Shown here: positions 40,722 to 53,385 of the stretch, one piece after another
Layout of the letters: the number at the start of each line of letters is the position of its first letter
Numbering within the stretch: position 1 is the stretch's first letter
Origin: Eledone cirrhosa
Lineage: Eukaryota
Reading direction: 5' to 3'
NCBI GenBank assembly: GCA_964016885.1
Contig: OZ024740.1
Location: 150,846,001 to 150,910,000, forward strand
DNA length: 64,000 nt
Made by a program: the position numbers and the translations under genes
The notes under the pieces: model-generated
What the model saw: the letters and a program-made list of their open reading frames with translations, nothing else
Database searches by the model: none
Told to the model about the DNA's origin: nothing

Positions 40722-43700
40722 AATAATGATTTCATTTATTGGCCACAAGGGCCGACATATAGGGGACAACACAATAGACAGGGACAGTGGGGGTTTACAT
40801 AGAGATCGAGTAAGTATAAATAACAAAAAACAAAATAACAATAAAATACAACAATGAAAGTTCCCCAATAAGAGGGATCACCACCCAGGGTTGTCTCAAG
40901 CACCCCACCAGTCCTGAGCCACCCGACGCTCCTAGGGCACCCGGGAAGGGCACTCCTCTCCTTCTCGAATTCACCAGCCTACAGGCGCATGATCAGAGTA
41001 GGCCCACTCACGCGGGCCATTCTCGCCACATTCACCCACCTTTCAGTAAATGTACTGGGGGGCAGCACTTCTCTCTCCACCCTCACCTTCCTTTCCAAGT
41101 GAAACTTGAAGAAGTTGATGAGGGATTGGCCGAAGAGAAAAGTGTCTGTCTTCAGTCCTTTCAACCTGGCCCACCATGCAACCTCTTTCGCTACTGCCAC
41201 CAGGCAGAGGAAAATTGCCTGCCCTTCCTGACCAAAAGAAGGCGGCGGGTCAATCTTCACTATGGACTCGGACGATAGCCGGATCCGTTCTACACGCGAC
41301 AATAGCTGTTCGACATAACCCCACAAGTCAGCAATGCACGGACACTGGACGAGTGCGTGCAGAACGGTTTCGTCGCTCTGCGCGCATCTCGGGCAGGTTC
41401 GTCTGACAGCACTTCCGTGCCTGTAGAGTTTATCCCGAACCGGCAGCGCCCCCCGGTAGCACTGCCAAGCGAGGGATTTCTGGAAGTTATCCATCGTCCC
41501 CGGCTCGAAAGTCCTCCGGAACATACTGGTCAGTTCTACTTCGTTGACGCCCAGAGCCTCTCCTAGTACGTCATCGCACTTGCCCTCCACTAATCCTCTA
41601 TAGAAATCTTGAGTGGAAGTTCCACTGATCGCATTGCCCACCTTGCAGAGTGCAGTGAGCGCCTGGCAACATTCCAGATGCCAGTCGCCCAGTCTCGGTC
41701 TCTTCTTGACCCAGGACTGCAGCTCAGTCAAAGAGATGAGCTGCGGAAAGGCCCGTCTAACAAACGGCGACCACACCTGTTCACCGTTTAGGCAAAATAT
41801 CTGGAGATGTCGCAGCCTCAGCGCATGTCTGCGCATCATTAGCCACGGCATGCCCAGCCCTCCACGAAGAGGGTGCTGGCAGCAGATGGACCGCCTCACC
41901 AACGGGACCCGTCCCCTCCACAAAAATTTGAAAAGGAGCCGTTCCAAATTGGCGAGGCGTGGACGGGGGCAAGGCACGACGGTCAGGCGGTAGTAGATGA
42001 CGGACCCGATGTACGCGTTCGCCACCTCCGCCCGCCCTTTCAGTGATAGCTTTCTCTCAGCCCATTTCTGGGTGAGGTTGGCTATCCTGCTCGTCACCTC
42101 GTCCCAATTCTTATCCACCTGGAGGTCTGGTCCGAACCAAACCCCGAGCAACTTTACCGGTCCGTCTGTCCAGCGCCCAACGACGCTGTTGGACGGCATG
42201 GACTTGCCTCTCCAGGTGCCGAGCTGCAAGCCCACCGACTTTTCCGGGTTAAGTTTTGCTCCCGTCAACTTTTCATATTCCTCCAAATGGGTGCGGATCA
42301 CCTCGATTTCCGAGGTGTCCGACACCATCACGGTGATGTCGTCCGCATAAGCGGACGCAGCCTTTCTACGTCCCGGTTCGAGCGGGATGCCCTGCAACAA
42401 CTCCAGCTTCCGCAGTAGAGGCTCAAGAGTCAATACGTACAGAAGTGAGGAGAGAGGGCACCCTTGACGGACCGATCGAGAGATCTGAAACGGTTCCGAG
42501 AGGTGGCCATTGATTTTGACCACCGAGCAGATGCCGCTGTACATTGCAGCGATCCAGCTTCTGAAGACGGGGCCGAAGCCAGCCGCCTCGAGGACAGCCT
42601 CCAAGTACCGATGGTCGACCCTATCGAATGCTTTCGATTGATCTAAATTGATCAGAGCCCCACCGAAGCCAGGTTTGCACCCAACCCTCTCTATGATGTA
42701 TCGCATGAGGTGGAGGTTGTCGTGTATGGACCTGGTCGGGATTGAGCAAGTTTGCGCCTCCCCAACCAAATCTTTGACGACAAGCGCCAACCTTTTCGCT
42801 AACACCTTGGCCAAAATCTTAAACTCTGTGTTGAGCAGGGTTATGGGCCTGAAATTATCTAGTGTGTCCCTCTTGTTCTCGTCTTTCCTTATCAGCGTCA
42901 CTACGCCACGGCTCACAGAACTGGGAATGCTCCCGTTCTGCTGCCAGTTGCAGTAGAGCGCTTCGAGGAGATCGGAGAACAAGTCTGGCATATTTACGTA
43001 AAGCTCGTAGGGCAGACCATCCAAACCGGGTGACTTGCGACTCGAGCAGCCGACAAGGGCGTCCTGAATTTCGACTGATGTTATCGGCTCTTCGCAGCGC
43101 TCAGCGTCGGCCGTCGAGAGGCGTGGCAAGCCGTCGAGGTAGGGACTGAAGTCCGCCGCCGTCTCCGACTCACCCATCCTCCCGAACAATCGAGCAAAGT
43201 GCTGGCGAAAGGCCTTACACATCTGCTTGGAATCGCTCAGTTCGTGTCCATCTCGATCCGTCAAAGACCGAATTGTGGTTTTATTTCCACGCTGCGTCTC
43301 TGCAAAGCGAGCCCATCGGGCAGCTTTGGTTCCCTCGTTCCTCAGAGCACGCGCCTTAGCTCTGACAATGCAACCTTCGTGTTTCGCATTGAAGAAATGG
43401 TCTAGTGCCATTCTCGCCGCTAGCACGTCTGTTGCAATGCCACTACAAATAGCCTCGTCTAACTTAGCTATCAGCCCCTCCTCCTTTCTATTTTTCTCTA
43501 TTGCTACTTCTTTGCTAAATCCTATCGAGGTTGCTCTAATCTCTCTTTTGAGTGCCCCCCACCACCTGTTGTTGACAACCCCCCCTGTCAACTTTTGCTT
43601 AACTAAGTTGTTGACCCGGTCCCTGTAAGCTTTACGTGCCGGAAACGACATGTTTAGCTTCCAGTAGCTAGGTCCTAACCTACGTGTCTTATCTAGGTCG

Positions 43701-44017
43701 ACCATACAGATCACAAGCTTGTGATCTGAATAGGCAACCGTTTTAAAATGTGGACATCCTACACTATTTCTATCTCTTTTCCTAATGAAAATCCTATCTA
43801 TGTACGATCTAGATGACCCTATGCGATTGGTCCAGGTCCATACTGGCGCATTAGGGAAATCTAGTCGGTACCTGTCAGACAGTTGAAACTGGCTGATCAG
43901 GTACTTGAGGCTTTTGCACCCCCCGCTCCTATCAGATACTCCCACACAATCCCAGCGTGCTTCTAAGATGCCATTCCAATCCCCTATTAACAGTAAAGGG
44001 CGAGACGTAAGCAGAAA
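40722..44017 (-). mobile_element. Tx1/L1-clade LINE copy A (family 1), 5'-truncated, young
   Basis: Uninterrupted ORF2, 3'UTR, AATAAA and ATT tail. TSD ctactactttt(aataat) at 40711 and 44018. Confidence 0.92.
40979..43945 (-). CDS. LINE ORF2: partial APE endonuclease, reverse transcriptase and CCHC (N-terminally truncated)
   Basis: YIDRIF/SDHK, KSPGLDGL, RPITLLN, DQSKAFDRV, VRQGCPLS, AYADD, CPRC-x8-H-x4-C. The frame stays open up to the truncation at ~44017. Confidence 0.93.
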   Translation of the reverse strand: MGVSDRSGGCKSLKYLISQFQLSDRYRLDFPNAPVWTWTNRIGSSRSYIDRIFIRKRDRNSVGCPHFKTVAYSDHKLVICMVDLDKTRRLGPSYWKLNMSFPARKAYRDRVNNLVKQKLTGGVVNNRWWGALKREIRATSIGFSKEVAIEKNRKEEGLIAKLDEAICSGIATDVLAARMALDHFFNAKHEGCIVRAKARALRNEGTKAARWARFAETQRGNKTTIRSLTDRDGHELSDSKQMCKAFRQHFARLFGRMGESETAADFSPYLDGLPRLSTADAERCEEPITSVEIQDALVGCSSRKSPGLDGLPYELYVNMPDLFSDLLEALYCNWQQNGSIPSSVSRGVVTLIRKDENKRDTLDNFRPITLLNTEFKILAKVLAKRLALVVKDLVGEAQTCSIPTRSIHDNLHLMRYIIERVGCKPGFGGALINLDQSKAFDRVDHRYLEAVLEAAGFGPVFRSWIAAMYSGICSVVKINGHLSEPFQISRSVRQGCPLSSLLYVLTLEPLLRKLELLQGIPLEPGRRKAASAYADDITVMVSDTSEIEVIRTHLEEYEKLTGAKLNPEKSVGLQLGTWRGKSMPSNSVVGRWTDGPVKLLGVWFGPDLQVDKNWDEVTSRIANLTQKWAERKLSLKGRAEVANAYIGSVIYYRLTVVPCPRPRLANLERLLFKFLWRGRVPLVRRSICCQHPLRGGLGMPWLMMRRHALRLRHLQIFCLNGEQVWSPFVRRAFPQLISLTELQSWVKKRPRLGDWHLECCQALTALCKVGNAISGTSTQDFYRGLVEGKCDDVLGEALGVNEVELTSMFRRTFEPGTMDNFQKSLAWQCYRGALPVRDKLYRHGSAVRRTCPRCAQSDETVLHALVQCPCIADLWGYVEQLLSRVERIRLSSESIVKIDPPPSFGQEGQAIFLCLVAVAKEVAWWARLKGLKTDTFLFGQSLINFFKFHLERKVRVEREVLPPSTFTERWVNVARMARVSGPTLIMRL

Positions 44018-44049
44018 CTACTACTTTTAATAATAATAATAATAATAAT

Positions 44050-47000
44050 GATTTCTTTATTAACCACAAGGGTTTACATAAAGTAAACATTAAGGACAGT
44101 ACAGGACAATACAGGACGGTACAAATTGGCATTTCTGCGTGTAAAAAAAACAAGAAACAGAGGATGTAATAATAGAACAATAAAAAATTCCCCAATAGGG
44201 GGGAGACTTACGAGGGACATTGGTGGAGAAAGCCTATTAAAAAGCCACAGTGACCCTGACCACCAGGGCAAGTACCCTCTCCCAGTTTTCCACCTTTAAT
44301 TTACAGACACATACTCAGAGTAGGTCCATTCACTCGGGCCATTCTTGCCTCTCTCATCTATCTTTCAACAAAATGCTGGGAGGAGAGCACTTCCCTCTCT
44401 ACCCTGATTTTCCTTTTCAAATGAAATTTGAAAAAGTTAATCAGGGCATCACCGAAGAGGTAAGTGCTCGTCTTCAGCCCTTTCAAACGTGTCCACCATA
44501 CTATCTCTTTCGCCTTGGCGACCAAACAGATAAAAACTGCCTGCCCTTCCCGGCTAAAGGAAGAGGGCGGGGCAATCCTCACGATGGACTCAGCTGATAG
44601 CTGGATCCGTCTCACACGCGACAGCAGGTGTTCGACATAAACCCACAAGTCAGCAATGCTCAGACACTGGACGAGTGCGTGCAAGACGGTTTCGTCGCCC
44701 TGCGCGCATCTCGGACATGCCCGGTTGACGGCACCTCCATGCCTGTAGAGTTTATCCCGAAATGGCAAAGCTCCTCGGTAGCACTGCCAGGCCAGGGATT
44801 TCTGGAAGTTGTCCATAGGCCCCGGCCCGAAAGTTTTTCCGAAGAGATTGGCTAGTTGATTTTCGTCGACGCCTAGAGTTTCCCCAAGGAAGTCATCGCT
44901 CTTCCCCTCCACTAATCCCCTATAGAACGCCAAGGTGGAGTTTCCACCGATCACATTGCCCGATTGGTCAAGGGCTGTGAGCGCCTGAATACATTCCAGT
45001 CTCCAAGCGCTCCCCCTCGGTCTTCGCTTGACCCAGGACTGCAGCTCCGTCAAGGAGACGAGCTGGGGAAAGACGTGTCCAGCAAACGGAGACCACACCT
45101 GATCACCGTCGAGGAAAAGGTGGAGATGTCGTAGCTTGAGCGCGTGTCTGCGCATCATCAGCCACGGCAGGTGTAGACAGCAGATGGACCGCCTGACCAT
45201 CGGAGCGCGTCCCTTCCACAAAAAGCGAAAGAGCAAACCCTCCAGCGCAGACATGCGGGGCTTAGGACAAGGTACGACGGTCAGGCGGTAGTAGGTGACG
45301 GACGCGATATACGCGTTAGCCACCTCCGCTCGACCTTTCAGGGATAGCTTCCTCTCGGCCCATTTCTGGGTGAGAGAAGCCACCCTGCTCGTCACCTCGT
45401 CCCAGTTTTTGTCCGTCTGGAGGTCCGGACCGAACCAGACCCCTAGCAATTTAACTGGTCCGTCCGTCCAGCGCCCGACGACGCTGTTGGACGGAATGGA
45501 CCTGCTTCTCCAGGTGCCGAGCTGCAGGCCCACTGACTTTTCCTGGTTGATCATTGCTCCTGTCACCGCTTCGTATTCTCTTAGTGTAGTGCCGATCGCC
45601 TCGATGTGTTTGGCGTTCGACACCACTACGGTGACATCGTCGGCATATGCTGACACGGATCTTCCGCATCCTAGTTCGCGCGGGACCCCCCCCCCCCTTC
45701 AACGTCTCCAGTTTGTGCAGTAATGGCTCGAGAGTCAATACGTACAAGAGGGACGAGAAGGGACATCCTTGGCGGACCGAGCGCATGATGTTGAACGGTT
45801 CCGAAATGTGACCGTTCACTCTCACCATAGAGCAGATGTCGCTGTGCATTGCAGCGATCCAGCCTCTGAAGACGGGCCCAAAGCCAGCCGCCCTCAGGAC
45901 TGCCGCTAGGTAACGATGGTCGACCCTATCGAAAGCTTTCGACTGATCTAAATTGACCAAGGACCCACCCGTGCCAGGTTCCCTAGCTACCCTCTCTACG
46001 ATGTATCGCATGAGGTGGAAGTTGTCGTGGATGGATCTGTCGGGAATGGCGCATGTCTGCGCCTCTCCCACCAGACCACCAACGACAAGCGCCAACCTCT
46101 TTGCTAGCACCTTGGCCAAAATCTTGAACTCTGTGTTTAGCAGAGTTATGGGCCTAAAATTATCTGTTATCCTTTCGGATCCTTTCTCAGCAGCACCACA
46201 GCTCCTCGGCTCACAGAGCTGGGATTTCTACCGTTCTGTTGCCAGTTGCAGTAGACGTCCGCCAAGAGGCCTCCGAACAAGTCTGGCATCTGTACGTAAA
46301 GTTCATAGGGAAGACCATCCAAACCAGGCGATTTACCCCTTGTGCAGCTAGTCATTGCCTCCCGTACTTCAGCGGCTGTTATCGGCTTTTCGCAACACTC
46401 CGCCTCAGTGGTCGAGAGCCGCGGCAGTCCGTCGAGGTAGACACTAAAGTCCATCCCTCGATCCGGCCCGCCGCTGCCCCCGAACAACTGAGCGAAGTGT
46501 CGCTGAAAAGCTGCACACATTTGTCCGGGATCGAGTAGCATGCGCCCGTCGTGGTCCACCAAAGACCGGATCGTGGCTTTGTTGCCACGACGCGCCTCCG
46601 CTACTTGGGCCCATTGAACGGCTTTCGTCCCCTCGTGTCTGATAGCACGCATCCTAGCTCTGACAACGCAAGTACGTCGGTCGCGATGCCTTTGCTAAGC
46701 GCCTTGTCTAATTTTCTAACTAATTCTCCTTCTGCTCTATTTTTCTCTATTGCTAAAGCCTTACTAAACCTAATGGACTCTATTCTAATTGCTCTTTTCA
46801 GAGCAAACCACCACTTGTTGTTGACGATGGCCCCCGTCAACGCCCGCTTAACTAGTTCGCTAATCCGGTCTCTGTAGGCCTTGCGCGCTGGTAAGGACGC
46901 GTTTAGCTTTCAGTAGCCGAGTCCTTGTCTATGAAGCCTATCTTATTCAAGTACACAGATCACGAATTTGTGGTCCGTGTAGCTGACTATCTTGAATTGT

Positions 47001-49635
47001 GGACAGCCTATGCTAGACCTATCTATTTTTCTACAAAATACTCTATCTAGATATGATCTGGATGACCCTATGCGATTTGTCCAAGTCCACATTGGCACAT
47101 TCGGGAAATCCAATCGGTACCCGTCAGACAGTTCAAAACGCCTGAGCAGGTTGGTGAGGCTCTTGCACCCTCCTCCCCTATCCGCTAATCCCACACAGTC
47201 CCAGCGTGCATCTAAGATCCCGTTCCAGTCGTCCACTAACACTAAAGAGCGGGAAGTTCCAAGAAAGGTCTCCAGACGCCGGAAGAAATCAGGCCGCCCT
47301 GCTCCAGTCGGGGGATAGACGGCCAGTACCCTGAAAGCTTGCTCGTCTCCGCTGGTCACGTCTAGCACCACCAACTTACCTTCTGGGTCCAGGAAGATGG
47401 CCCGTATGGCGAGATCCAAACCTCTCCGAAAAAGCACAGCAACTCCCCCTCCCCCTGATCCCGGACGGCTGGGAGATGCGTACAAATCGTAGCCGCCGAT
47501 CTATGTTTAGTGACCTGAGGTCGTTGAGCAGGTGGCTCTGCTTCCATGATGACCCCAGGCCACGCGCATTTATGCTGCCTATTCTGAGTGAGGTCATGTT
47601 GAAATGGAGTGGAAAAGATGGGAAAGAACACTTACCTTACTTCTCGTAGAGGAAGTATGGTTTGTCCATCCTTTTCACTGCTTGTGGCCTCCTCCGGAAG
47701 GATGTCCTTATAAATCCTCCTGGAGAGTGTTTGTCGGAAGTCTCCGATGTCTTTGGGGAATTTTTGTTTTAGTGTCGTGTACGTTTTCTGTGTGATGCGA
47801 GTGATTTGTATGTGTGGAGGTGGTGTGAACTTTTGGGTTGTTGTGTAGTCTTTTTCTGTGATGCTCGTGTTGTGTTGCATGTAGTGTAATAATTGGTTGT
47901 TGTTCAAATTTAATGCTGTGTAGTGTGTATCGTTTTGGTTGTTTTGTTTTGTTTGCGTTTGTTGTGGGTTCGTTTCTGTTACGCTTTTTGGTGACTTTTG
48001 TGGTGTTGGTGAGGGTGGTGTTGGGGTTAATGATGGTGATGGTGTTGGTGTTTGTGGTGATGGGGTTGGTGATGCTGGTGTGGATGGTGGCATATCTGTC
48101 TCAACTTTCTTGTTCGATAATTTATTTGTTTCCCTCTGTATTTTGTTTTTTGAGGGGGAAGGAAGAGAACTTTTTCTTTTTTGGTTTCTTTTTTTTTTCT
48201 TTTTTTCTGATACCGTTTCCCACTCGTCGTCACAATCTGTCTCCAGTTGCGATAGGCCGGGGAGTGGAAAATCCTCCACAGGCGTTGGTTTTGGTTGTGG
48301 CGTGGTGGATGGTGTAGGAGCTGGTGCTAGTTCTGGGGCGTTTGGTGGTGGTGGTGTTGGTTTTGCTACTGTTGCTGGGGTTGTTGCTGTTATAGTTGCT
48401 TCTGTTGTTGCTGCTACAGTTGTTGCTGCCATCTCTGCTACTGGTGGTGTTGATGGTTGTGTCACTGGGGTGGGTAGGAGAGGTGGCCTCAACCTTTTAG
48501 CCTGAGGGCAGAAAGCCCTTAGGTGGGTTCCTTCACCACAAACGACACACCTAGGTCTTCTGCCCTCGACAATTACCGTGAGGTGGCTGCCGTCAGTGAG
48601 GTCTATTACCTCTGGGATCTCCTCAATGCTTTTATGGTCCGCTTGGATCAGGAGCTCCATCCCAGATCCGGACCAGTTCTCCTGCTTTTCTTTTGCTATT
48701 TCTATTATTTTGGTGTTGGCCTCGATGCCGGCGAGGACGGCAGCCATTAGCCAGGGAATTTCGATGGCCGGTGGAACGTGGGTCACCCTGATCTTCACAA
48801 GTCTCTGGCCACAATAGCTTGGGATGAGTGTGAAGTCGTCACTTCTTAATGGGACCATGGAGTGTTCTCTGGTCTCCTGTGGTGTTTCAAAGGACACGTC
48901 CACGGTTCCATACTTCTGACCCTGTACCCATCTTTCTTTACCATTCCTTTGGCTTCGTCTAATTCTTCCTGAGTAACCTACATCGCTTCGTACGTTTTTG
49001 CTACTCTGGCAAAATTCAGGGTAGTTTTCTTAATTTCATTGTTGCTGTTGTTATTATCGTTATTTTTGCTATTGTTAATTTTAGTTTCAGTTGTGGTGGT
49101 GGTGGCGTCAGTGGTGTTCGGTGTGGAAGAGTTCATTTTGGTTGAATTCATTTCGATATCATGAGTTAATTTATTTTTTTCTTTTGTTTCTGTTGTCGCT
49201 GTGATGGGGGTGGGGGTGGGGGTTGTCGCGGTGGAGGTGGTGGCGGCTTTAACACCTGCAGTCATTGGTAATGGCGGGAAATGAACGTCTGCTTGAGACA
49301 AATTAAAAATATTGCTACTGCTTACAATTCCAGTGTTGGTAAACGTAGCAATGTTTACAATGGTGGTGTCGGTGTGAGGTGTTGGATTGTGAGGAAGGAG
49401 TGAATCTGAGTCATCCATTATTTTTCAAAGAAAAAATTTTTTGTTTGATAATTATAAAAAGTTTAAATTTTGGGCTCAAGGCCCCAATATTTTTGAGTGT
49501 CCTTTTCAGAAATCAATGTATGTGCACTTATATATAGTTAACAATAAAAATATTCCATAAATGGCAATTTTAAATAACTGAAAATAACAAACCTTTGTGG
49601 AGATCACGATGATACGATTTACTACGTAGGTCGCC
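44050..49635 (-). mobile_element. Tx1/L1-clade LINE copy B (family 2), both ends present, disrupted
   Basis: ORF1 fragments 47632-49418 and ORF2 fragments ~44300-47597 with frameshifts and deletions. Highly similar to copy C, with the same 5' start GGCGACCTACGTAG. Confidence 0.92.
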
Positions 49636-49690
<55 letters not shown>

Positions 49691-49933
49691 TTTTCTTTAT
49701 TAACCACAAGGGTTTACATAAAGTAGACATTAAGGACAGTACAGGACAATACAGGACGGTACAAATGGGCATTTCTGCGTGTAAAAAAAAACAGAGGATG
49801 AAATAAAATAACAAAGAAAAATTCCCCAATAGGGGGGAGACTTCCGAGGGACATTTGTGGAGAAAGCCCATTAAAGACCACAGTGGCCCTGACCACCAGG
49901 GCAAGTACCCTCTCCCAGTTTTCCACCTTTAAT

Positions 49934-52900
49934 TTACAGACACATACTCAGAGAAGGCCCATTCATTCGGGCCATACTTGCTTCTCTCACCCATCTTTCA
50001 ACAAAATGCTGAGAGGAGAGCACTTCCCTCTCTACCCTGATTTTCCTTTTCAGATGAAATTTGAAAAAGTTAATCAGGGCATCACCGAAGAGGTAAGTGC
50101 TCGTCTTCAGCCCTTTCAAACGTGTCCACCATACTATCTCTTTCGCCTTGGCCACCAGACAGATAAAAACTGCCTTCCCTTCCCGGCTAAAGGAAGGGGG
50201 CGGGGCAATCCTCACGATGGACTCAGCTGATCGCCGGATCCGTCCTACACGTGACAGCAGGTGTTCGACATAAACCCACAAGTCAGCAATGCTCGGACAC
50301 TGGACGAGTGCGTGCAGGACGGTTTCGTCGCCCTGCGCGCATCTCGGACATGCCCGACTGACGGCACCTCCATGCCTGTAGAGTTTATCCCGAACTGACA
50401 AAGCTCCTCGGTAGCACTGCCAGGCCAGGGATTTCTGGAAGTTGTCCATAGGCCCCGGCCCGAAAGTGCTTCCGAAGAGATTGGCTAGTTGATTTTCGTC
50501 GACGCCTAGAGTTTCTCCAAGTACGTCGTCGCTCTTCCCCTCCACTAATCCCCTATAGAACGCCAAGGTGGAGTTTCCACCGATCACATTGCCCGATTGA
50601 TCGAGGGCTGTGAGCGCCTGAAGACATTCCAGTCTCCAAGCGCTCCCTTTCGGTCTTCGCTTGACCCAGGACTGCAGCTCCGTCAAGGAGACGAGCTGGG
50701 GAAAAACGTGTCTAGCAAACGGCGACCACACCTGATCACCGTCGAGGAAGAGGTGGAGATGTCGTAGCTTGAGCGCGTGTCTGCGCATCATCAGCCACGG
50801 CATGCCCATCCCTCCACGTAGCGGGTGTTGACAGCAGATGGACCCCCTGACCATCGGAGCGCGTCCCTTTCACAAGAAGCGAAAGAGCAAACGCTCCAGC
50901 GCAGTCAGGCGGGGCTTAGGACAAGGTACGACGGTCAGGCGGTAGTAGATGACGGATGCGATGTAAGCATTCGCCACCTCCGCTCGACCTTTCAGGGATA
51001 GCTTCCTCTCGGCCCATTTCTGGGTGAGAGAAGCCACCCTGCTCGTCACCTCGTCCCAGTTTTTGTCCGTCTGGAGGTCTGGACCGAACCAGACCCCTAG
51101 CAATTTAACCGGTCCGTCCGTCCAGCGCCCGACGACGCTGTTGGACGGCATGGACCTGCCTCTCCAGGTGCCGAGCTGCAGGCCCACTGACTTTTCCTGG
51201 TTGATCATCGCTCCTGTCACCGCTTCGTATTCTCTTAGTGTAGTGCCGATCGCCTCGATGTGTTTGGCGTTCGACACCACTACGGTGACATCGTCGGCAT
51301 ATGCTGACACGGATCTTCCGCATCCTAGTTCGCGCGGGACCCCCCTCAACGTCTCCAGTTTGTGCAGTAATGGCTCGAGAGTCAATACGTACAATAGGGA
51401 CGAGAGGGGACATCCTTGGTGGACCGAACGCATGATGTTGAACGGTTCCGAAAGGTGACCGTTCACTCTTACTACAGAGCAGATGTCGCTGTGCATGGCA
51501 GCGATCCAGCCTCTGAAGACAGGCCCAAAGCCAGCCGCCCTCAGGACTGCCGCTAGGTAACGATGGTCGACCCTATCGAAGGCTTTCCACTGATCTAAAT
51601 TGATCAAAGACCCACCCGTGCCAGGTTCCCTAGCTACCCTCTCTACGATGTATCGCATGAGGTGGAGGTTGTCGTGGATGGATCTGTCGGGAATGGCGCA
51701 TGTCTGTGCCTCTCCCACCAGACCACCAACGACAAGCGCCAACCTATTTGCTAGCACCTTGGCCAAAATCTTGAACTCTGTGTTTAGCAGAGTTATGGGC
51801 CTAAAATTATCTGTTATCCCCCTTGTTCGGATACTTTCTCCGCAGCGCCACCGCTCCTCGGCTCACAGAGCTGGGAATTCTCCCGTTCTGTTGCCAGTTG
51901 CAGTAGACGTCCGCCAAGAGTCCTCCAAACAAGTTTGGCATTTGTACGTAAAGTTCATAGGGCAGACCATCCAAACCAGGCGATTTACCCCTTGTGCAAC
52001 TAGTCATTGCATCCCGTACTTCAGCGGTTGTTATCGGCTTTTCGCAACACTCCGCCTCAGTGGCCGAAAGCCGCGGCAGTCCATCGAGGTAGACACTAAA
52101 GTCCATCCCTCGATCCGGCCCGCCACTGCCCCCGAACAGTTGAGCGAAGTGTCGCTGAAAAGCTTCACACATTTGCCCGGGATCGAGTAGCATGCGCCCG
52201 TCGTGGTCCACCAAAGACTGGATCGTGGCTTTGTTGCCACGACGCGCCTCCGCCACTCGGGCCCATTGAACAGCTTTTGTCCCCTCGTGTCTGAGAGCCC
52301 GCACCCTAGCTCTGACAACGCAGCCTTCGTGCTTTGCATTGAAGAATTGGTCAAGGGCCAATTTCGCCGCAAGTACGTCGGTCGCGATGCCTTTCCTAAG
52401 CGCCTCATCTAATTTTCTAACTAATTCTCCCTCTGCTCTATTTTTCTCTATTGCTAAAGTCTTACTAAACCTAATGGACTCTATTCTAATTGCTCTTTTC
52501 AGAGCAAACCACCACTTGTTGTTGACGATGGCCCCCGTCAACGCCCGCTTAACTAGTTCGCTAATCCGGTCTCTGCAGGCCTTGCGCGCTGGTAAGGACG
52601 CGTTTAGCTTCCAGTAGCCGGGTCCTCGTCTATGAAGCCTATCTAAGTCAAGCACACAGATCACGAATTTGTGGTCCGTGTAGCTGACTATCTTGAATTG
52701 TGGACAGCCTATGCTAAACCTATCTATTTCCCTACAAAATACTCTATCTAGATATGATCTGGATGACCCTATGCGATTTGTCCAAGTCCACATTGGTACA
52801 TTCGGGAAATCCATTCGGTACCTGTCAGACAGTTCAAAACGTCTGAGCAGGTTGGTGAGACTCTTGCACCCTCCTTCCCTATCCATTAATCCCACACAAT

Positions 52901-53351
52901 CCCAGCGTGCATCTAAGATTCCGTTCCAGTCGCCCACTAACACTAAAGAGCGGGACATTCCAAGAAAGGTCTCCAGACGCCGGAAGAAATCAGGCCGCCC
53001 TGCTCCTGTCGGGGCATAGACGGCCACTAACCTGAAAGCTTGCCCGTCTCCGCTGGTCACGTCCAGCACCACCAACTTACCTTCTGGGTCCAGGAAGATG
53101 GCCCGTATGGCAAGATCCAAACCTCTCCGAAAAAGCACAGCAACTCCTCCCCCCGATCCCGGACGGCTGGGTGATGCGTACACATCGTAGCCGCCGAAGA
53201 TCGGTGCGAAAGCCTGTGCTTCGGAGATTCTGGTCTCGCTGATGGCCACTACATCTATGTTTAGTGACCTGAGGTCGTTGAGCAGGTGGCCCTGCTTCCA
53301 TGACGACCCCAAGCCACGCGCATTTATGCTGCCTATTCTGAGTGAGGTCAT
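49934..53351 (-). pseudogene. ORF2 (APE-RT-CCHC) of copy C, split into three ORFs
   Basis: IGSINARG, SET, VYAP, GDWN, TDHK, AYADD and CPRC motifs distributed over 51807-53351, 50870-51766 and 49934-50854. Confidence 0.92.
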
Positions 53352-53385
53352 GTTGAAAAGGAGTGGAAAAGATGGGAAAGAACAC

